64,000 nucleotides of DNA, taken from contig OX597824.1 of NCBI GenBank assembly GCA_951406725.2, positions 47,492,001 through 47,556,000 of the forward strand, written 5' to 3'. Both the position numbers and the translations under genes were made by a program. Every line of letters starts with the position of its first letter. Position 1 is the stretch's first letter. Below are positions 1 to 13,788 of the stretch, in pieces. The DNA comes from Octopus vulgaris (taxonomy: Eukaryota). The notes under the pieces are model-generated. The model was not told the DNA's origin. It did not search any database and was given only the letters and a program-made list of their open reading frames with translations.

Positions 1-1532
1 CAGCACAGCCACAGTGCATTGATTGAAACTAGTAAAGAGCAATGTTATAAAAAAGATTAAGGAAGGTTATTGGTCTTTCAAAGTTAGTTGCTAACATACT
101 GATTGCATCAGATTGGAGTGGCTTAGTTTATTAAATTGAACAATTAAGCATGAAGAGTAATTAACTCTTCACCTGTCATAACTGGGAATTACGGGTATTT
201 TTTCTCATTGCTGGATAGATGTTTCTAAAATTATATATTGTATATTTTGATGCAATAATTCTTATATATCTTATAATCAGATTATGGGAAAATGGGTTTT
301 AAACTGAAGATATATTCATTGTAGTGCATCTCAGCACTGTATGCAATAAGCTTGTTATATAATTTAGAAGGCAGTGTGCTGGCAGAATCTTTAGCAATCC
401 AGACAAAATGTTTAGCAGCATTTCTTCTGGCTTTATGTTCTGAGTTCAAATTCTGTTGAGGTCCACTTTGCCTTTCATTCTTTTGGGGGCTATAAAATAG
501 GTTCCAGCCTTGTGCCTTTAGTCAAAAGACTTATATAATTCAGTTTCAAAATGCAAGAGGCTAAATATGTAATAAACAATATTTTATGTTTTGTTTTAAC
601 TTAAACTAAAATAACATTTTTAAAACAAAATTATTATATCAGTGATAGTATATGATGGTTATATCAGTGGTAACACATAATGGAAGGAAAACCTGTATTG
701 AAGTTTAAAAATTCACTGTTAGTTCAGATTTAACAAAATTTAAAAGTTTATTGAAGGAACTAGCAAATGCACCTGTCCTTTGGATATTTTAAGTTGCTTT
801 GTTGGTATTTTATTCACCAAATAATTGAACTACCGAGAAGGTTTATGATTAACCTAGGAACGGAAAATCAAATTGAAGGCTGGTTATTGTGGAGGTTGTT
901 GCACTTAAATGATCATAGAACATATAAGTTTGCAAGCAATGCAAAGTAGAGCTACTGAAGTGTTTTGGGAGTAGATTATGGATGTGGACTACAAAATATA
1001 GTTGTTTTTTAAGCATATTTTGTTCACTCTTATTTTCATATATAACTTAAACATGTACATCTTTTTGAACATTGTCAGTTTATAAGATTTTGCTGGCAAA
1101 TTTTTTAATTAATATTTATTTACATGAAAGAAAATTACCGGAGACATAACGCATGTTATGTTATAGTTGCAAGTAGGCAGTCAAAAGAAATAATTGGACA
1201 AAATCCTTTCACTTTTATAAAAGGTATAGAAGACCCTACATACAAAAAAACTATGTCTATTTACATAGGAGCTCTGTGCAAAATATTATAGTGCACAACC
1301 ATCCTTGGGGCATAAGTAATGCATGTGTAAAGTTTGGTGAAAATCAGTTGAGAATTGTAGAAATGTATGTGTTAGTTATTATACACACACATACTGCCAT
1401 TTATATAGACTGGATGATAAATCAGTTATTTTTGATAGAACACATATGGTAAACTAATAAATAATGGGAGAATATCAGTGTCTTTTAAAGTTGTGTTCTT
1501 GTTACTGTTTTCTTAGTTTTCAATATTTTTAA

Positions 1533-1765
1533 TGGTGAGCTGGCAGAATTGTTAGCACGCCGGGCAAAATGCTTAGCAGCATTTTGTCTGCTGTTACGTT
1601 CTGAGTTCAAATTCTGCTAAGGTCAACTTTGCTTTTCATCCTTTTGGGATCAATTAAATAAGTACCAGTTACACACTAGTGGTCAATGTAATCGACTGAA
1701 AAACCCTTTGACTATCCTTGTTTGTCCCCTCTATGTTTAGCCCCTTGTGAGTATTAAAGAAATGA
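1533..1765 (+). mobile_element. tRNA-derived SINE family A (representative copy)
   Basis: ggtgagctggcagaattgttagcacgccgggcaaaatgc...ttctgagttcaaattc...tttcatcc...agtaccagt. Further copies at about 370-530, 7300-7600, 20595-20795, 23870-24230, 24995-25203, 30025-30475, 41745-42620, 46195-46470, 54500-54845, 58915-59128 and 63710-63890. Confidence 0.8.
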
Positions 1766-1813
1766 ATATTTTAAACTAATATTTTAATAGGATATTTTCT
1801 ATATTGTTTCAAG

Positions 1814-1973
1814 GCTTCAGATATAGAAAGTACTTCAAACAACGCCATGAAACCTTGTTCCACAGTAATAGACACAGAAGGGAACCAATTTTCTCCAGAT
1901 TTCAACTTCACCTGTGAAACTGATAATGACAATACATTAAATATTTTCCTTCCCAATGATGGATTGATTGTAG
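1814..1973 (+). CDS. HMG-box gene, exon A (ASDIESTSNNAMKPCSTV...NDGLIV)
   Basis: Acceptor tttcaag|G and donor G|gtacct. 160 nt open, ending in phase 1, which fits the next exon. An in-frame ATG in GCCATGA context at 1847 could be the start, or further exons lie upstream of the window. Confidence 0.7.
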
Positions 1974-2688
1974 GTACCTATACATTTAGTATTGTGACTC
2001 CAACTTGTGAAACAGGTTAGTGCTAATGAATGTTACTTTGTCTTTTGAAACACTTTACACTATTTCCTATTCATCCAATTAACAATCTATAGTTTCATTT
2101 TTATATGGGCACATAAGAAATCTGTTATTAAGGTGCGGGGTGGGCTTATTGCAATTATTAGATAAAAGATATTTAGTGCGTTTTAGATTTTTTTTTTATA
2201 AATATTTAGCATTCTAACTCTTCTGACTTAAAACAATTGCATTCAATTCATCATCATCATCATCATTTAATGTCCGTTTTCCATGTTGGCATGGGTTAGA
2301 TATTTTAATAGGAGCTGCATATGTCAAAATCGGCAACTCAGTTTCTGAATTCATAAGGAAATGCATGTGCGTGCACATCTCTTTCTCTCTCTCTTATATA
2401 TATATAGATAATCCCTACTCTCTTTTCTTACCTTCTCTTTTACTATTTATGTTGATGTGTTTCAGAATATTGCTCACAGCATTAAATTAATGATAGAATA
2501 CAAATTCACTATTCTTTAGCCAGGATACTAACACTTTCTGTTCAGCTACTATAGCTACACAATAGTTTGAGTATGCTATGATTAACTTTAATACAATTCT
2601 AATATATTGTATAGAGGGGCATAATAATAAATAAAAATATGTCTGTAATTATGTAATAGTCTCTCAATATATTTTCCTCTTTCTATAG

Positions 2689-2744
2689 AACTTAAAAATC
2701 CAGAATTAAATTTAGAACAAAAAGTTGTACTTCATGATCCTACG
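2689..2744 (+). CDS. HMG-box gene, exon B (ELKNPELNLEQKVVLHDPT)
   Basis: Polypyrimidine tract plus ctatag| acceptor; ACG|gtaaga donor; phase 1 in, phase 0 out. Confidence 0.8.
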
Positions 2745-3312
2745 GTAAGATATGTTATAATTGTCTTAATATTACTTTGATATGTTATAATTGTCGTAAT
2801 ATTACTAACAGTAGAAGTACATAAAATTACAGTATGCTCGTGCATAAGCAACTCATTATTATGAATGGTATAAAAAGATTGTTATATGACAACTTCTGAA
2901 CCACCCTGTCTATTTCAGTTTTTGTTTAAGTATCATGATAACATTGCTGAAAATTTCAAGCATCAAGCAGTAGAGTATGGAAATACAGTAAACAGATGAA
3001 CTTTATAATATATCCCTCATTGACATTGTGAACAAGCTTGAACATTGGGCAGTAAGCTCTGGAGGTCCAGGTCAGGACATTGTAGGACTTGTTATGAGCA
3101 TCAGGGGATGGAGGCTTCTTTTAAGATTCATGTTGTAATGAATTAAAGTCAGGTTGTCTGTGGCTGTTGCCAACAGCATTACATTTCTTATGCAAACTTC
3201 ATATAAATTACCTGTTTTTTATCAACAACAGGAAAACATTTCTAAAATTCACTTTAAAAAGAATACGACTAGTTTAATATGCTATTTATTCAGTTTCCTA
3301 TAAAATTTTTAG

Positions 3313-3426
3313 TTTGCTGAATCTGCTCCTGGCGAGGTTATTACAGTTACTCAAACTCCATGTTTGATATCTGAATATAAACTGAAGCACCCAGCTCTTC
3401 TTACTGGTGACCCAATGTTGCCTCAG
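3313..3426 (+). CDS. HMG-box gene, exon C (FAESAPGEVITVTQTPC...DPMLPQ)
   Basis: tttttag| acceptor; CAG|gtaatt donor; 114 nt open, phase 0/0. Confidence 0.8.
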
Positions 3427-4151
3427 GTAATTGCTTGTCTTCAATGATTTTCTTAGCAATGATTTTTTTTACCTTTTGTTTATTTACAAATTTTTTTTGC
3501 AAACTTCCATCATCATCATCATCATTTAACATCCACTTTCCATACTGGCATGGGTTAGACAGTTTGACTAGAACTGGTAAGCCGGAGAGCTGCACCAGGT
3601 TCCAGTCTGATTTGGAATGGTTTCTACTACTGGATGTCCTTCCTAATGCACTCCAAGAGTGTAATGGGTGCTTTTTTACATGACATATTGTTATATTTGT
3701 TGATGACTTCATTTGCTACTTTTTTATTATTTTGTAATTACATCTGTGCTAAAATATTAAATTTGTCCAATCATTATTGGCATGGGCTTCATAAGTAACT
3801 AAAACCAATAACAATAATAAATGCTGTTAATTGATGAGATTTACCAGTAATTTAGGTAATTTTTACTGCAAAGTCCTATATTAATATGTGCACTGTTAAG
3901 TGAGTGAAGAAGGAACATTGGCATTTGAACCAGTTGCATGAACAGTAGTTTATCACAAATTTAAATAAAAACCATTTCCACTGGGAATAGTGTTGGTAAA
4001 AATGAATAGATACAAGGTGATAATAAGATTTGTATTCTGATAAAAATAAATAGGTCATTCTGCACAGATGAGGGCTTCAGCTTCTATAATAATCTTAAAA
4101 TTAAGTGATATTCACATTTCTGAATGATTTTTATGTATTTTCTAAATGCAG

Positions 4152-4443
4152 ATCTTGGAAAATTTTAAAGGAGTTCAAGAAGGGCAAAAGTTTGAAGCAT
4201 CTGAGGAACCTGCAGAGGAGCTCAAATTTGTCTCTCCTAACACTGTGTCTCCTGTCACTTTTATGAAAGTTACCAAACAACCAACCATGCTTTCAAACCC
4301 TAGTGATCTTGGTTCATTCAAAGAGACAGCATTGATAAATCAAGCAAACTGTGATTACTCTGATAGATATTCACCAGATGATTGTGGGCAACCATTGAAA
4401 TATAGCTTACAAAGGCAGTTAAGGAGTGCCATTGTTAAAAAAG
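4152..4443 (+). CDS. HMG-box gene, exon D (ILENFKGVQEGQKFEASEEPAEE...SAIVKK)
   Basis: Coincides with ORF 4146..4448; atgcag| acceptor; AAG|gttaga donor; phase 0 in, phase 1 out. Confidence 0.8.
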
Positions 4444-6924
4444 GTTAGATTTTATTCAAAGATTTATCATCTTTATTAATATTTTACTTTTCATTCTCAT
4501 GGAGTTCTTCATATACTGAGACTGGTTCAGTTGACAGTTTCTCTCCAAATTTTTATTGACCCCAAAGTAATAAAGTAAATACTAGTTGATTAAATTAACT
4601 ACTACTCTCCCTGAAAATGTGTGGCTTAGTGTCAGAGTTAGTCATCATCTTTCTTTAAATATTGGTGTCTGATGTTATGTGTCATAACCAAAGCGATAGT
4701 ACAGACTAAACCAATTGTTTTGTGGTACTTTATATTCTAGAATCTGCTTCATATTTCATACCTATTGGATTGATGAAACAAGTAGGAGAAAACTGGGGTA
4801 TTAACTGTATTTCTTCCTTACTAGTATTTAAAAAATTATCATAATAGTTGTATACCATAATCCTAGCAATAGTGTTTCTTAATTCTCTCTGGTTCTTCTT
4901 TTAGCAATATTTAGCCGGTTGAGCAACAACATGGAGGCTCCCTTGTTAAATAATGACTTTGTCTTAGTGTCTTTTAAAATTGGATGGCCCATATATCTAC
5001 CTTCTCGTAGCTCATCATCATCATAATTTAAGATCCCTTTTCCCATGCTGGCTTGGTTTAGACTGTTCAACATGAACTGACAAGCCTGAAAGTTGCACTG
5101 AGCTCCAATGTCTGCTGTGACAAACTGTATGCTCTTCTGAATGTCAGCCACTTCACCGAGTGTACTGGGTGCTTTCATTGTGGCACCAGCACTAGTGAGG
5201 CTACGAAGTATTCTCAGCTGAGTTGGGTATGGTACTGAGGGATATGAAAGTATGATAAAAGGACATGAACAAGTGTTTTGCTAAGTGGTAAATACATGGC
5301 TTCCTTATCTAGAAAGATAGAGGGAGAGGGAAAGAGACAGAGATATGAGGTCAAGGTGAATATGAGAGACAGAAATGGGATAGAGGAGCAGAAAAGGTGG
5401 GTGGGTATATAAGCATACGAGAGTGGAATTAGTGTGACAGATGATTGAGTGAGTGGCGTGAGCACTTAATGGGCCTATTTTAATCTTTGATTGAGTAGGG
5501 TTCCTATGACACTGTAAATGCCTAAACTTGAATAATTTTGCAATATGATAACATCACCTGATCATTGGTTATCTGAGGAACTGAAGATCTTAATATGTTG
5601 CAGCAAACCATAAATTGTGGTTTTTTCCTATACATTTCTCTCCAGTTTTGCCATTTCTGCAAATGTTATAAGTGTTACCATTCCTTCTCTAATCTATGAA
5701 AGACATCATCAATAATGACTTTTCATGTTATATAATGAGGATTTCTGCAGCTGAAGATGACAGGACCTCGTTTTTCACTAACCTGCTTGTACTTCACAAG
5801 TTTTTGAAATAAATCTGTTATTTCTATCATTATGGAACAGAAATGATAACTGAAGATATGGATTGTTGAAGAAGAGAGAATTTTTTGTTATCAAAATATT
5901 TGACTTTTTTTTAGCTAGTAATTCTGAAAAATTATGCAATTGAAATGATGTAAACCTACAACAATGAGAGTAACTTCAGCAAGTGCAGTGATAATGCACT
6001 AGGTTCTGTGCATTTTCATTTTAAGTCAACTGTATATGTGAGAAGGTCAATGTTCAAAACTAGTCAGTCAATGAAATTATGAGGAAGCTGATGATATATA
6101 AATATGTATGTACACATACACACATAACCTATACTTGTAAACCACTTGCATAAGGCCCATGTGAAATGGCCTGGGCCTGTCAGAATATTGCATCCCAAAG
6201 TAATTCCTCTATGGTGAAGACTTCATGGAAAGTATGCCAGTGGAGGTGAGGAACAAATGAAGATGTTCGAGGACAATCTAAAAGCATCTCTTTTAGAGAC
6301 AAGCAGTTCCTAGGAGCTGCTTGTCTAAAACCAGAACAACTGGTGCAGTCTGAGTCACCCTTAGTACCAAAAGAGTTACACTTTACATTGTATAGAGAGC
6401 ATAAAAGAGAGATACAGAGAAAGTTGACATAAGAGGTTTAGGATGAGTGCACATACTAGGCTTAGTGACTTGCAATGAGTAAAGGATTGCTATACACATA
6501 CCCACACATTTACATATACACAGTGAAAGATATAAAGAATAATAGTGATAGAAGAGAAGGAGGAGAGGGAGTAAATGACAAGTAGTTATAGGAGGAGTTC
6601 AGATTTTGCAGAGATAGGTTTCCAGTGGAGTAGAGTGCAGTTGTGTTGATAAAATTTAGAAAAATACTTATTGCAAATATACAAATGAGAAATTTGTTTT
6701 ATTTAATTTTACCTTAAGGTAATAAATAATTTTCTTCAGAAAATTAATGTTCATTTCATCATTTTGTACATGCACCAAATAGTTAGATAAAAAGTTAAAT
6801 TCTTATTACTGTATGTATGCCATATTTCCTGATATTACACACAATAACTTCTTGATATTACCCATGGTTGTTTTCACATGAAGATGTCATTGTTGGGCTT
6901 AGGTTTTGTTATGAATTATCACAG

Positions 6925-7036
6925 ATGATGATCAGTTTGAATCCTATGAATGGAAGTTTCATGAAGTGGCCAATATACGACGTCAGAAGATGGATCAGGC
7001 ATCTAGTGATAAGGAACCATTTGACAGTTGTGAAAG
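6925..7036 (+). CDS. HMG-box gene, exon E (DDDQFESYEWKFHEVANIRRQKMDQ...DSCES)
   Basis: tcacag| acceptor; AG|gtttga donor. Phase 1 in and phase 2 out is exactly the shift needed to join exon D to exon F. Confidence 0.75.
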
Positions 7037-8103
7037 GTTTGATCTTATTTCATTTTTAGCTATTTTTTTTTTAAAGAAATATTTTTTACATCATTATATT
7101 CAGATTGTTTATTATGGGAACTAGAAAAATACCTATTTAGAGAACCTATGGTTGGCTCAATTAGCATTTCCTGTAATCCTTCTGTTGTCCCTCTATGTCT
7201 GTTCTTGTTATAATTACCTACTCAATAACAATAGCAGCTATGTGCATATATGCAACCATGGTTATAAACTTAGTGGGCTTGTTTTTCTTTTTATGATTTT
7301 TAACCAGGAAGGAAGGTAGTGCCTTTGCTGTATAACAGGCAAGTGGTTAAACTTTACCGCGCAACTAGGCCATAGCAGGATTTTATTTGAGAACACAGTG
7401 CCAGAATAAATACTGAAAGGCATCTGATTTGACATTTTTACAGTTTCACCAATCCACTACTTTCAATTGTAATTTTTTTTTTACCCCAATAGGATGAAAG
7501 GCAAAGTTGACCTTAGTAAGATTTGAAATTGTTGCACTCAGACCAAATAATGTAAAATATTCTGCCTGGTGCTCTAATGACTGCATCAATTCACCGCCTT
7601 TATATAATACTGTACCTGACCATACTCAGTTGCTCTTCCAACTGCTTATATTTCTATTCTTCTAATATTTAAAAATTTTATCGAAAATAACAATAGTGTT
7701 AAAATGTGAGGGATCCTTCCTGCATCTGGATGGGTTTCAGGAAATAAAGAGAGATGGCATCTAGGCTATAAACATTTATCTAACTGAAATAATTTGTTTT
7801 TAAAATTTGTAACATTAAGTTATATAAATCCGTGGACATTATTGTTTTTATTAGAAAACCATTTTTGTCAGTTTGGCATCCATCTTGTACTGACATTGGT
7901 TTGAAAGTCCAAACATTCAAACATTTGCATGACATTGTCAGAAACTAGCAAACTGCATATTTAGGTATACTGAAATGAAGATTGATGCACTTTTTTCAAA
8001 CCTACAAGGTACAATGTATGCATAATAATTATTGCATTACTGACTTCATATAAAGTTAAAATTGACTATTTTAGCTATCGCTATACTTTTTATACTTCTT
8101 TAA

Positions 8104-8970
8104 TCCTTTAACATTAAACTGGCCAGATCTAGCCTCTCACCTTCTCTATTATGTCATTTTAAAAATAAACAATCACATCATCTAAATCTTGAAGCTGCAA
8201 GATATCACGTGATTAATACAATGCAATGTAAATAAGCATTACATTTTACTCCACTGGCCTTCATGGTTTGCCTTGCCACCTAAATGCTAGTCGTTTTGCT
8301 TGTCACTGAGCTAAACTTAATCATTAAGTAGGCACTGACTTAGGTTAATATTCCCTTGATTCTGAAGTGATGGGAAGAAACCACATGGTCTTACCTTTTG
8401 TCCCTGGGCAAGAGGTAGGTGCCTTATCTGGGACATTGCAGTTTGTGACTCCTTTGCACTCTCCCACACCCTGGATGCTGCAGTAAATGGGAGGGTCACT
8501 ACTTCTGTAGCCGAATGGTACAAAATCCTTAAGTATCTGAACTTGTCAGTAAACCATTTCTTCTGGTCTGTGGTGTTTGAGATGTTTGGAGTAGCCGGGC
8601 CATTAACAGTGAAGTTCTTGTGATCGTTGGCAGTTCGCATTACTGTGGCATCAAGTGATGCCCATGATGGTGCTTGGCTCTTCTGATAGCTTAGCCTCAC
8701 CATCGCTCGTGGTAGGGCCATGAGTATAATGGCTTGCTTCAGTAGGTCCCGTTGAACCTTGTGGTGTACAACCAATTGAGGCACTTGGTGTTGAATAGAT
8801 GTTTTCTTTTTCTATTTCTTTTCACCTCTCTTATATTTTTGTTTTCTTCAGTCTTTGATTTGTATTTTAATGTGATTTTACGTTAAATATGGACCAAATA
8901 CATGTTATATATGTAATATAATGAAATTAATTTTTAAATACTTTTACAGAGTAATCTGAATGCTAAATGG
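8104..8970. mobile_element. Second TTAA-type MITE family, interrupted by a reversed LINE fragment (~8230-8790)
   Basis: ttaatcctttaacattaaactggcc ... ctgaatgctaaatggttaa. Related copies at ~13936-14120 (reverse) and ~34976-35141. The insert encodes DKFRYL (ORF 8317..8784), a LINE RT-like motif. Confidence 0.55.
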
Positions 8971-9055
8971 TTAAGTTATTATATTATACTTTGTGAAATG
9001 TGAGCTGTTTGCAATATGAATGTTTAACTGAAGCTGTTTTTATTTTTATTCAAAG

Positions 9056-9166
9056 TAAAATGAAAACAGATAAAATTGAATACCTCCCTAAAATAGATCA
9101 CCGGCGAGTTTCCTGGATGAATGGTTTTATGATGTTCAGTCAGATGAATAGGAGAAAATTTATTGA
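9056..9166 (+). CDS. HMG-box gene, exon F (KMKTDKIEYLPKIDHRRVSWMNGFMMFSQMNRRKFI), HMG helix 1
   Basis: ttcaaag| acceptor; GA|gtaagc donor. MNGFMMFS resembles the MNAFMV motif of SOX/TCF-class HMG boxes. Confidence 0.88.
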
Positions 9167-9759
9167 GTAAGCTAATCACTGACCTTGTTCTGTCACACAT
9201 TCCTTTGGGAATATATATCTTCCATTATTAATTCCTGTTTTGTTAATAATAAAAAACCTAATATTTCGTTGTTTAATCTTTGGGATTATCTAATTTACCT
9301 ACAATGATAATTAATACTAAATTCCAAGAATTATTATAGTATTACTTAATCTTTTATTTATTTAGAAATTACATGCTCATTATAACTAATCTGTTGCAGA
9401 ATTTTGAGCTTTTAGATTGATGGGGAGAGAGAGCAAAAGAAAACATTCAAGGACAGCCTAAAAGCATCTCTAAAAGACCTCAGTATTATGGTTGACTCCT
9501 GAGAGTTTCTTGCTCAAAACCAACACAACAGGTGCAATCTGAACCAAAATAGTTGAAAACTAAAAAAATCCTGCTGCCCAGAAAAAGCTAGTACTTTATC
9601 TACATTATTCAGTGTATCCTTTTCTAGGATAACTGTATCATTTGAGAGAGATTTTGCTGTTATTTCTAGTATCTTGACCACACACATTAACTATTAAAGC
9701 TGTTGTACTGCCAGCTTTGTAATTTACTTATTGTGATATTGTATTTTAATATATTATAG

Positions 9760-9849
9760 TGCTAACCCTGGTGTTCACACTTCTCACATTAGTAAAATGA
9801 TGGGACACACCTGGAGGAACATGTCTGAGGATAAACAAAGACCTTATAA
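9760..9849 (+). CDS. HMG-box gene, exon G (DANPGVHTSHISKMMGHTWRNMSEDKQRPYK), HMG helices 2-3
   Basis: ttatag| acceptor; AA|gtaagt donor; phase 2/2. Shows the NP-x2-H-x-S-x-ISK-x2-G-x2-W-x2-MS-x4-RPY pattern of HMG boxes. Confidence 0.9.
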
Positions 9850-12800
9850 GTAAGTAATTTTCAGAGCAATAATAATGGATTTGGTGACAGATCACTCTTC
9901 AAATGTGTTTGCTTCAGATGGTCAATGCTGTTTTCTTTTTGTTGTATACATCAGTAACAAAATACTTAAGCTTTAACATTTTGTATTAGATATTTGAAGT
10001 GGTTTCTCAATTGTATCACAACAAATGAACTTGTGACTAATTAGATCTTTTGGAACATGTGGGTGGTTGTGATTCCTTGACAGTTGGTGGTGTACCGGAC
10101 ATGTGTTCATGTTGTTGATGAATATAAATATATCTGCTACTGAAATAGGTTGACTATGTATGATGTCTATTCCAGTAATCTAATGGATGTAATCTAGTGT
10201 TGTGTGAAGTTTTAGCACCCATCTCAGGTGGAATGTTGGGTAGTGAAATAACATGGCAATATGGATAAGCATATTACTATGTTATCATCATTGAGAGTTT
10301 GGTCAGAACACTTATGTGTGTTCACACAAGAAAGATTCTTCTTCAAAGAAAGTAACCATAGACAGAGATTAAAAGTGATGAATCTACTTTGTCCTGATTT
10401 AACTCAAAATTTTCATGTGACTGGTAAGATAACTGATAGACTATTTCTTGTTGACATAAGAGTAAAAGTGAGTTTGTTACTATTTACTCAAAAACACAGT
10501 AAGGTACAACCTACTTTCATGTTATTTCAAGCTGTTAATCACTCATATCTCACTATCTTTCATTAGATATCACTAATATTTGATCTGAGTCTGTGACTTA
10601 TTTAAATGGGTATTCATTATTGCAGTGTTGCCTATCCTCACTCATCAGAGTTAATTTCTTTCATCAGTTTGATTCGTTAGTGGATATTAAGCACTAACAG
10701 CTAATAGGATTACAGAACCAGTTGTACTCTTGTTGACTGCAACATCATCAAAGCACATTTTTCTTTGACAGTTGTCAGGTATGTTATGCACAGTTACTCA
10801 CCATATTGAAGTACAAGGATATTTCATCTTTGCAGTGATAACATGCATTTAAGACTGACATTGCTTATTCTTACCATTTCTCCTACATATGTTATTGAGG
10901 ACTAGTGAAGGGCCAGGTGTTAAAGGCCATTTCTCCCACATATACTACTGATGGCAGTAATGTAGGGCCACATATGTTGAAAATAATGATAACTTCCACT
11001 ACCTTATCTTCTATTCCAATTTACAGTTCAATGGAGACATTGTCCTTTGTTGATGAGCTGTGTATTTCTCTGGAGCAATTGAAGAAATAATTGTTACACA
11101 ATGGTATAAAAGGTGTTGTCTTTTAGCAGTTGCCATAATTTTGTGTTTAGTGTAGATTTTGACCAGATGGTTGACATCAAATATAGCATTTTCTCTTGAA
11201 TAAACCTGAAGACAGGACTGTTAGGTGGAAATGGAATATGTTTTAAACTTACTGCTGCTTGACTTAACAATAGTATTTTGGCTTGAGGCATATCAGTATC
11301 TGAATCAAACATATGGGCTTAATCAGATTATAGTGAATGTGAATTAATTTCATTTTATAACTTTTAAATGTTTTGATAAATTTCGGTATTTCATGTTTCA
11401 TGTTATTTGTTCTATATTCATTTGGGTCCAATTCAAAATGTTCACAAGTTTTCTGCACTAGAATTGTATTTTATTTGTGGGGATTAGTGGATTAATAATT
11501 CATTTTACATCATGATATTTAAATTATTTAACAGTTCACTGCATTTACTTGTAATTATCAGTAATTAGAGCAGATTTGAAACAAAATTCTATCATATATT
11601 TGTGTTAACATTTTCTAAGTAGTGCTCAGAACGCTGCCTTAGAAAGTTTATAAGTGTTTTACAAAATCAGACTAAGTTCACTATTATTTTAAAATTTAAC
11701 TAAAGGATAGTATTTTAATTAGAAATATTGTAACAAAACAAGTTAAGTAATGTGTGTGTATAAATATTAGTGTCCTACATCTTACAAAAGTTAATGATGA
11801 AGATATAGGAGGAGTAGACCAACTGAACAAGAATTGAAGATACAGAACTGCTACCTGAGTGGGTAAGCAGGAAATAGTATTCAATTTTAATTTATTGATA
11901 TATTGATAAATCATACCTAGTTACGTAAAATATCACGTGTTGTTGATGATGATTATGATGGTGATGATGGAGTATGACAAATCAAAATCAGACATCAAGA
12001 TGTTATGGTGTCTTAGTCACTTGCAGAAGTGAAGCAGTTTGAATTATGGTAGCACTTGTAAGATGGTTTGCAATTAAATAGGCCAGTGCCAAACATCCAG
12101 CATTGGCTGAGGTCTATAAAACAATCAGCTTAGTTTCTTTGTAGTGAAAAAAAGCATTGCACTTCTATTGTAATTAAGAGTGATACAACAACCTTTACAT
12201 GAGAAAAGGTTTACGTGAGAAAAGTTCTGTATTCTCATTGGATATAATTATAGAAAACAAACTTATTATGTTCATTGTCATATAAGATGCTGCTGCATGT
12301 AAAATACTTTGAGATTTATCATATACATTAAAATGATGCATCTTCTTCATGACCTACAAATAGGGATATCATGTAAATTCATGGTACATCATATATTCAT
12401 GAATAAAAACTGCATGATAATGGCCATACTTGTCCTTATTTTTTATGCAAAATTCCTGAATTTGTTTGACTCAAGGATAAATATAACTAGCATCCTTACA
12501 GCTTTATAGCAAAAATAATGTCTTAGTCCCTTAGCATTAATGAAATATATCTTTAGTACAACTTCAGCAGTGTTATTCCCTAGATCATCAAGCTGATACT
12601 TACTCATAGTAATAGTATGAGTGTTCACAAGAAAGCAAGAATATTCCTGATTTAGTGCAGGCAGTACATTTTACAATCCATTCTTTTGACAGTCCTAACT
12701 GGAGATCCTACTAAATACAAGAATTTGCCTGGTGTTACACTTTGCCACTCACATTGCTAAGTTCCTGACTTCTAAACTTTAGTTTCTTGGAAATAGTCTC

Positions 12801-13556
12801 TTTTTATATACTTCAAAATAAGTCTGATTTGGCCAGATCTGTGTGACATCATCACTTGAAGCTCCAGTAATTTATGAATAATTTTATTGATTAGATTTTT
12901 GCTGACATAGTCACTCAGTCTACCAAAATTCCAGTTTACACAGAATTTTCTGATTGGAAAACAAATCCAAGGGTCAAATCAAGGTATAGACCGCTACACA
13001 TTAAATATAACACCTATGCCATTCTGCTGCTAATACTACTATGATTTGTGTGCAATTATGTATAAGCTAGAGTGAAAATAAAAGAAATGGGGGCATTGAA
13101 AATATTTCGTAGTGGCCTAAAGTTCAAACCATTGTTTGATCCCAGAAATCCAATGTGGGATTAAAATTTTTTTTTTCTTCGCAAACATTTTTATGAAGTA
13201 ACATATACAGAACATGGATTTTCAGAAGTCATTTACACTCTAAAATAAGTAGGAAACTAATCCTAAAAACTAGGGGTAAAGTTACATGGAAGCCACAAAC
13301 TAAAGAGCCTGTTATTCTGTGAAATGTTAAGATTAGCCTTTATTTTGTATGGAATTATTCTGATTTTTAAAAATCATTTGTCAATCTGCAAGTTTAAATA
13401 ACAGAAACAAAATTTAATTTCAAGGTTATACAAATATGTTACGTAACAAATGAAATTTGGTAACAATTACAATTTACCAAAGTATTATATTATTTTTGTA
13501 ATCTCTGTTTATTAACAAGTTATTTATTTCTTTGTGTCTTTTAATGATATTTCCAG

Positions 13557-13704
13557 AGAGAAGGCTCAAAAATATGCTCGAAATATGCAAGATGCTCTTC
13601 TAATGAATACGCCAGAATCAACAGTTTCATTTGAAAATATACCATCATCAGCTACTGAAGAACATAAATTAGATGAAGAAATTAGCTTCACCAATGCAGA
13701 ATGA
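13557..13704 (+). CDS. HMG-box gene, terminal exon (EKAQKYARNMQDALLMNTPEST...FTNAE*)
   Basis: ttccag| acceptor in phase 2 completes HMG helix 3; TGA at 13702-13704. The eight exons total 1083 nt (361 codons) with no internal stop. Confidence 0.85.
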
Positions 13705-13782
13705 CCACAGATCAGTTATCTGTATATCACTATGATTTGACCTTACTCAAATGTGTTAAAAGTTATAAATGAATTGAAATCT

Positions 13783-13788
13783 AATAAA
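13783..13788 (+). terminator. Candidate polyadenylation signal of the HMG-box gene
   Basis: AATAAA about 80 nt downstream of the stop codon. Confidence 0.45.

Noticed and set aside
2749-2806. 28-bp tandem duplication next to a splice donor
   Set aside because: It is real but does not duplicate the GT donor; most likely neutral slippage.
5646-5667. Micro-exon linking HMG exons D and F
   Set aside because: It has a good acceptor but a weak donor (gttata); 6925-7036 gives the required phase with a longer open frame.
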